Shown: piece after piece, positions 31,733-34,582 of the stretch
How the letters are laid out: each line of letters begins with the position of its first letter
How positions within the stretch are numbered: position 1 is the stretch's first letter
NCBI GenBank assembly: GCA_035465135.1
Contig: DATHRO010000085.1
Location: forward strand, 1 to 34,582
DNA length: 34,582 nt
DNA from: Candidatus Deferrimicrobiaceae bacterium
GTDB lineage: Bacteria; Chloroflexota; Limnocylindria; Limnocylindrales; CSP1-4
Reading direction: 5' to 3'
Made by a program: the position numbers and the translations under genes
Notes under the pieces: generated by a model
The model's database searches: none
What the model was told of the DNA's origin: nothing
What the model saw: the letters and a program-made list of their open reading frames with translations, nothing else

Positions 31733-32692
31733 ATGAAGACCCTCGACGTCGTCCGGCGGACGTCAGACGAAGACCTGTCGCGATGGATCAGGCGGCTGTC
31801 GCTGATCCTCGTCCTCGGCGTGCTCGCCTTCGGGGTGTTTTACGCGGTCGACCGCTGGCGGCCGGCCGCGCCGGCGATCGTGGATCAGCAGATCGCATCC
31901 CTCGAGCAGGCGGTTCGCGACAACCCCAACGACATCTCCATCCGCGGCAGCCTGGCGGATGCCTACGCCGCCAAGGGCCGCTTCGAGGACGCGCTCGGCC
32001 AGTACGACGTGATCATCGCCGCGGGCGTCAGCCTGGAGCCGGCCAACCTCGGCCGGGCCCGCGCGCTGCAGGCCCTCGGGCGACTCGACGAGGCCGCCGC
32101 GGCGTTCGAGGCGGTCGTCGCGATCGCCAAGGACGGCGAGATGGCTCATGTCGACATGGGCCTCCAGGCCGCCTACTACGGCCTCGGCTTCATCGCCAGA
32201 GAGCAGGGTCGCCCGGCCGACGCGATCGGCCATCTCGAGCGGGCCCTCGCGATCAGCCGCTCCGACGCCGACTCGCTGTACCTGATCGGCACCGCGTTCG
32301 TGGCGACGGGCGAGTACGAGAAGGCCATCACCGTCCTCCGTGCGTCGGTGACGTTCGTGCCGGTCGGCTGGGACGAGCCGTATGCGGCGCTGGCCGAGGC
32401 CTACGAGGCCAGCGGCCAGCCGGCGATGGTCGCCTGGGCGAACGCGATGGCCGGGCTGATGGCCGGGGACGCCGAGGCCGCCGAGCCGGCCCTGCTCGAG
32501 CTCGTCGACGGCGAGGCCGCGCTCGACGCGGCGATCGGCCTGGGCCTGCTGTTCGAGACGCGCGGCGACAACGCGCAGGCGGCCGAGTGGTACCAGCGCG
32601 CGCTGGCGATCGAGCCGACCAGCAACGCGGCGGGCCTGGGGCTGGGCCGGGTCGGGCCAATCCCGACGACCGGCGTGGAGAGCGGGTCGTGA
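31733..32692 (+). CDS. Membrane-anchored TPR-repeat protein
   Basis: The ATG follows GAGAAGGAAACGT. N-terminal TM segment LSLILVLGVLAFGVFYAV. Several TPR-like units follow (LADAYAAKGRFEDALGQYDVII, ARALQALGRLDEAAAAFEAVV, LGFIAREQGRPADAIGHLERAL, GTAFVATGEYEKAITVLRASV, LLFETRGDNAQAAEWYQRALAIEP). Confidence 0.75.
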   Translation: MKTLDVVRRTSDEDLSRWIRRLSLILVLGVLAFGVFYAVDRWRPAAPAIVDQQIASLEQAVRDNPNDISIRGSLADAYAAKGRFEDALGQYDVIIAAGVSLEPANLGRARALQALGRLDEAAAAFEAVVAIAKDGEMAHVDMGLQAAYYGLGFIAREQGRPADAIGHLERALAISRSDADSLYLIGTAFVATGEYEKAITVLRASVTFVPVGWDEPYAALAEAYEASGQPAMVAWANAMAGLMAGDAEAAEPALLELVDGEAALDAAIGLGLLFETRGDNAQAAEWYQRALAIEPTSNAAGLGLGRVGPIPTTGVESGS

Positions 32693-33741
32693 CCGGCCTG
32701 GCGGCGAGCCCCGAGCAGGGCGTCAACCCCGGCGTCGGGGACCAGGGCGAGGACCTCGGGCCCACGCGTGAGGAGCGCGAGCGGCGACGACGCTGGCTGC
32801 TCCTGCTCCTGCTGTTCGTCTTCCTGCTGATCCTCATCGGCCTTGCGATCTGGTACTTCCTGTTCCGCCAGCCGATCCCGCTGCCACCGCCGATCCAGAT
32901 CGACCTTCCGGGCTATACGACGAGCTTCTACGGCGCCAACAACCCGGTCGGCATCGCTGTCAGCCCGGACGGCAGCCGGGTTTACGTCGCCCAGACAGAA
33001 GGCGACCGCGGCGTCCTCGTGTTCGACGGCGCGGGCAACGTCATCTCCGTTGCGGTCCCGCCGGCCTCGACCGGCGCCGACCACGTGCCGGTCTGGCTCG
33101 CGATCGACCCGATCTCGTCAGAGCTGTACGTGTCCGACCGGCCGATGGGCACAATCTACGTCTACGACCGCGACGGGCAGTTCGCCCGGGAGGTCGTTCT
33201 TGCAAGCGATCTCCCCGGCTGGCAGCCGATGGGTCTGGCGTTCGATGCCGCGGGCAACCTCTACGTCAGCGACTTCGGCGGTGCCGCGCCGCGGGTCGAG
33301 ATGTTCGACCGGACGCTGGCGCTCGTCCGGACGTTCGGCGAGGGCGACCGCCTGGCATTCCCGAATGGCGTCGCCGTGGACGAGCTGGGCAACGTCTTCG
33401 TCGCCGACAGCAACAACGGCCGCCTGCTGGTGTACGGCCCGGACGGGACGCGGCTGGCCGAGGTCGGCCGCGGCACCGGCAAGGGCGAGCTGGCGCTCCC
33501 GCGCGGGCTCGCCGTGGATGGTCGGAGCCGGATCTACATCGGCGACTCGACCGGCCAGGGCGTCCTCGTGTACCGCCTCACCGAGGGTGCCAGCCCAGCC
33601 CTCGAATACCTCGGCTTCTTCGGCGGTGAGGGCATCGCCGACGGCCGCTTCAGCTTCCCCAACGGCGTGGCGGCCGACGGCCGCGGCCGGATCTACGTCA
33701 GCGACACCAACAACGATCGCGTTCAGATGTGGAGCTATTGA
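32689..33741 (+). CDS. Membrane-anchored NHL-repeat beta-propeller protein
   Basis: The GTG start overlaps the TPR stop (GTGA at 32689-32692). TM segment WLLLLLLFVFLLILIGLAIWYFLF. NHL-type blades repeat: PVGIAVSPDGSRVYVA, LAIDPISSELYVSD, PMGLAFDAAGNLYVSD, PNGVAVDELGNVFVADSNNGRLLVY, PRGLAVDGRSRIYIGD and PNGVAADGRGRIYVSDTNNDRVQMW. Confidence 0.8.
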   Translation: MTGLAASPEQGVNPGVGDQGEDLGPTREERERRRRWLLLLLLFVFLLILIGLAIWYFLFRQPIPLPPPIQIDLPGYTTSFYGANNPVGIAVSPDGSRVYVAQTEGDRGVLVFDGAGNVISVAVPPASTGADHVPVWLAIDPISSELYVSDRPMGTIYVYDRDGQFAREVVLASDLPGWQPMGLAFDAAGNLYVSDFGGAAPRVEMFDRTLALVRTFGEGDRLAFPNGVAVDELGNVFVADSNNGRLLVYGPDGTRLAEVGRGTGKGELALPRGLAVDGRSRIYIGDSTGQGVLVYRLTEGASPALEYLGFFGGEGIADGRFSFPNGVAADGRGRIYVSDTNNDRVQMWSY

Positions 33742-33842
33742 TGGAAAGCGTCCCAGAGGAGGTGCAGCCGAGTGACGTGCTTGCCGCCGGACAGGCGGCT
33801 CCAACCGCCAACCCCTATCGCAACAGACAGGAGGTGGGAACA

Positions 33843-34582
33843 GTGAGACGACTGGCCCTGCTGTTCGCAGGGGCCACACTCTGGCTGTTCCTCGCCGCGT
33901 TCCCTGTGTTTGCGGATGGTGGGGTCCACGTGGCCGGCAACAACTCGGGGCTCAGCACCCTGACGGCCGACAGCTGCGCGGGCTGCCACCGTGCCCACAC
34001 GGCACAGGGCGAGTACCTGATCAACTCAACCTCGACCGAGGGCCTGTGCCTGACGTGCCACGGCGCGTCGAGCGTCGGCTCCGCAGTCGACGTCAAGACC
34101 GGTATCCAGTACGAGGTCGGGACAACCGACCCGCGAGGCGACGTCATCCTCGGCGCGCTGCGCGGCGGCGGCTTCGACCAGGCCAGGATCGACGCCGGGG
34201 TCGTGACCCGGCTGTCCTACCTGCGCAACGCCACTGCCGTCTCGCAGCGGCCTCGCGTAGGTGTAGGCGCCGCCGAGGACGTCAACTCGGCGCACATCGC
34301 GATGACAGAGAACGGCCTCACCAACCCGGGCGTCGCCTGGGGCAACGGGGCCGTCGGGACCGGGGCCGGCCCATCCGTGACGGTGACGTGCACCTCGTGC
34401 CACAACCCGCACGGCAATGGTCAGTATCGGATCCTGAAGCCGTTCCCTGAGGACCACGACGCGGTCATCGACAACGCCTGGGTCGTCAACATCATCGCCG
34501 CGGACGCGACGAGCGATCGGATCTACACCGACGTTTCGCACGGCCTTCTTGACGGTGACGTCGTCGACATCACGGGCCCGGG
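33843..34582 (+). CDS. Secreted multihaem c-type cytochrome (CxxCHxxH paired-CXXCH style), 3' end outside window; not in the supplied ORF track
   Basis: My own translation of this frame from 33843 is MRRLALLFAGATLWLFLAAFPVFADGGVHVAGNN...SCAGCHRAHT...GLCLTCHGAS...VTCTSCHNPHGNGQYRILKPF... There is no stop up to nt 34582. GTG 33843 is preceded by AGGAGGTGGGAACA. Haem motifs lie at 33975-33989, 34047-34061 and 34389-34403. The frame is also open back to ATG 33741, which overlaps the NHL stop. Confidence 0.8.
   Translation, partial: MRRLALLFAGATLWLFLAAFPVFADGGVHVAGNNSGLSTLTADSCAGCHRAHTAQGEYLINSTSTEGLCLTCHGASSVGSAVDVKTGIQYEVGTTDPRGDVILGALRGGGFDQARIDAGVVTRLSYLRNATAVSQRPRVGVGAAEDVNSAHIAMTENGLTNPGVAWGNGAVGTGAGPSVTVTCTSCHNPHGNGQYRILKPFPEDHDAVIDNAWVVNIIAADATSDRIYTDVSHGLLDGDVVDITGP

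Noticed and set aside
33741-33842. Alternative cytochrome start at ATG 33741, overlapping the NHL gene stop (TGATG).
   Set aside because: This start is possible, because the frame is open. However, it adds a 34-residue non-hydrophobic extension before the signal peptide, whereas GTG 33843 has a strong AGGAGG SD and gives a canonical signal peptide. I kept it as an alternative only.
1-34582. A scan for mobile elements, prophage, defence systems (RM, TA, CRISPR-Cas, retron/DGR-type reverse transcriptases), terminal inverted repeats or composition breaks indicating an island.
   Set aside because: I recognised no transposase, integrase, reverse transcriptase, nuclease/helicase defence signatures or repeat arrays. 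Apart from the small AT-rich spots at ~1755-1800 and ~23860-23885, composition looks uniform by eye. A quantitative GC/GC-skew and k-mer scan would be needed to exclude subtle islands.

Overview
This is a very GC-rich window (roughly 70% by eye), densely coding on both strands. SD-like GGAGG sites precede many starts, and many gene pairs are coupled through ATGA/GTGA overlaps. The gene content (two LLM/F420-type oxidoreductases, DinB, DegV, Gfo/Idh/MocA, PntAA/AB/B, secreted peptidoglycan hydrolases) suggests a high-GC monoderm-type bacterium, Actinomycetota- or Chloroflexota-like; that placement is an inference only. I support 36 protein genes and found no rRNA, tRNA, CRISPR array, transposase, integrase or recognisable defence genes. 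All family calls rest on motifs read by eye from the translations, not on database searches.

Most of the window is housekeeping or accessory metabolism. Two regions stand out:

1. 6304-10559 (minus strand) is a tightly coupled five-gene redox operon. It encodes a Tat-exported 4x[4Fe-4S] NrfC/PsrB-like protein, an NrfD/PsrC-like membrane subunit, an unknown anchored beta-sandwich protein, a mono-haem cytochrome c and an EB_dh/DOMON-like lipoprotein. There is no molybdopterin or other catalytic subunit. A perfect 16-bp palindrome lies in its promoter region, and a HisKA_3/NarL-type two-component system lies just downstream.

2. 28517-34582 (plus strand) holds a GAF sensor kinase, a NarL-type regulator and a degenerate stand-alone receiver. 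A structured ~220-nt leader follows, then a translationally coupled TPR / NHL beta-propeller / multihaem cytochrome c operon. The cytochrome ORF runs off the 3' end of the window and is missing from the supplied ORF track.

Together these look like a candidate, poorly described quinol-to-envelope (possibly extracellular) electron-transfer system. A peptidoglycan-remodelling cluster (15809-21380) is a secondary point of interest.
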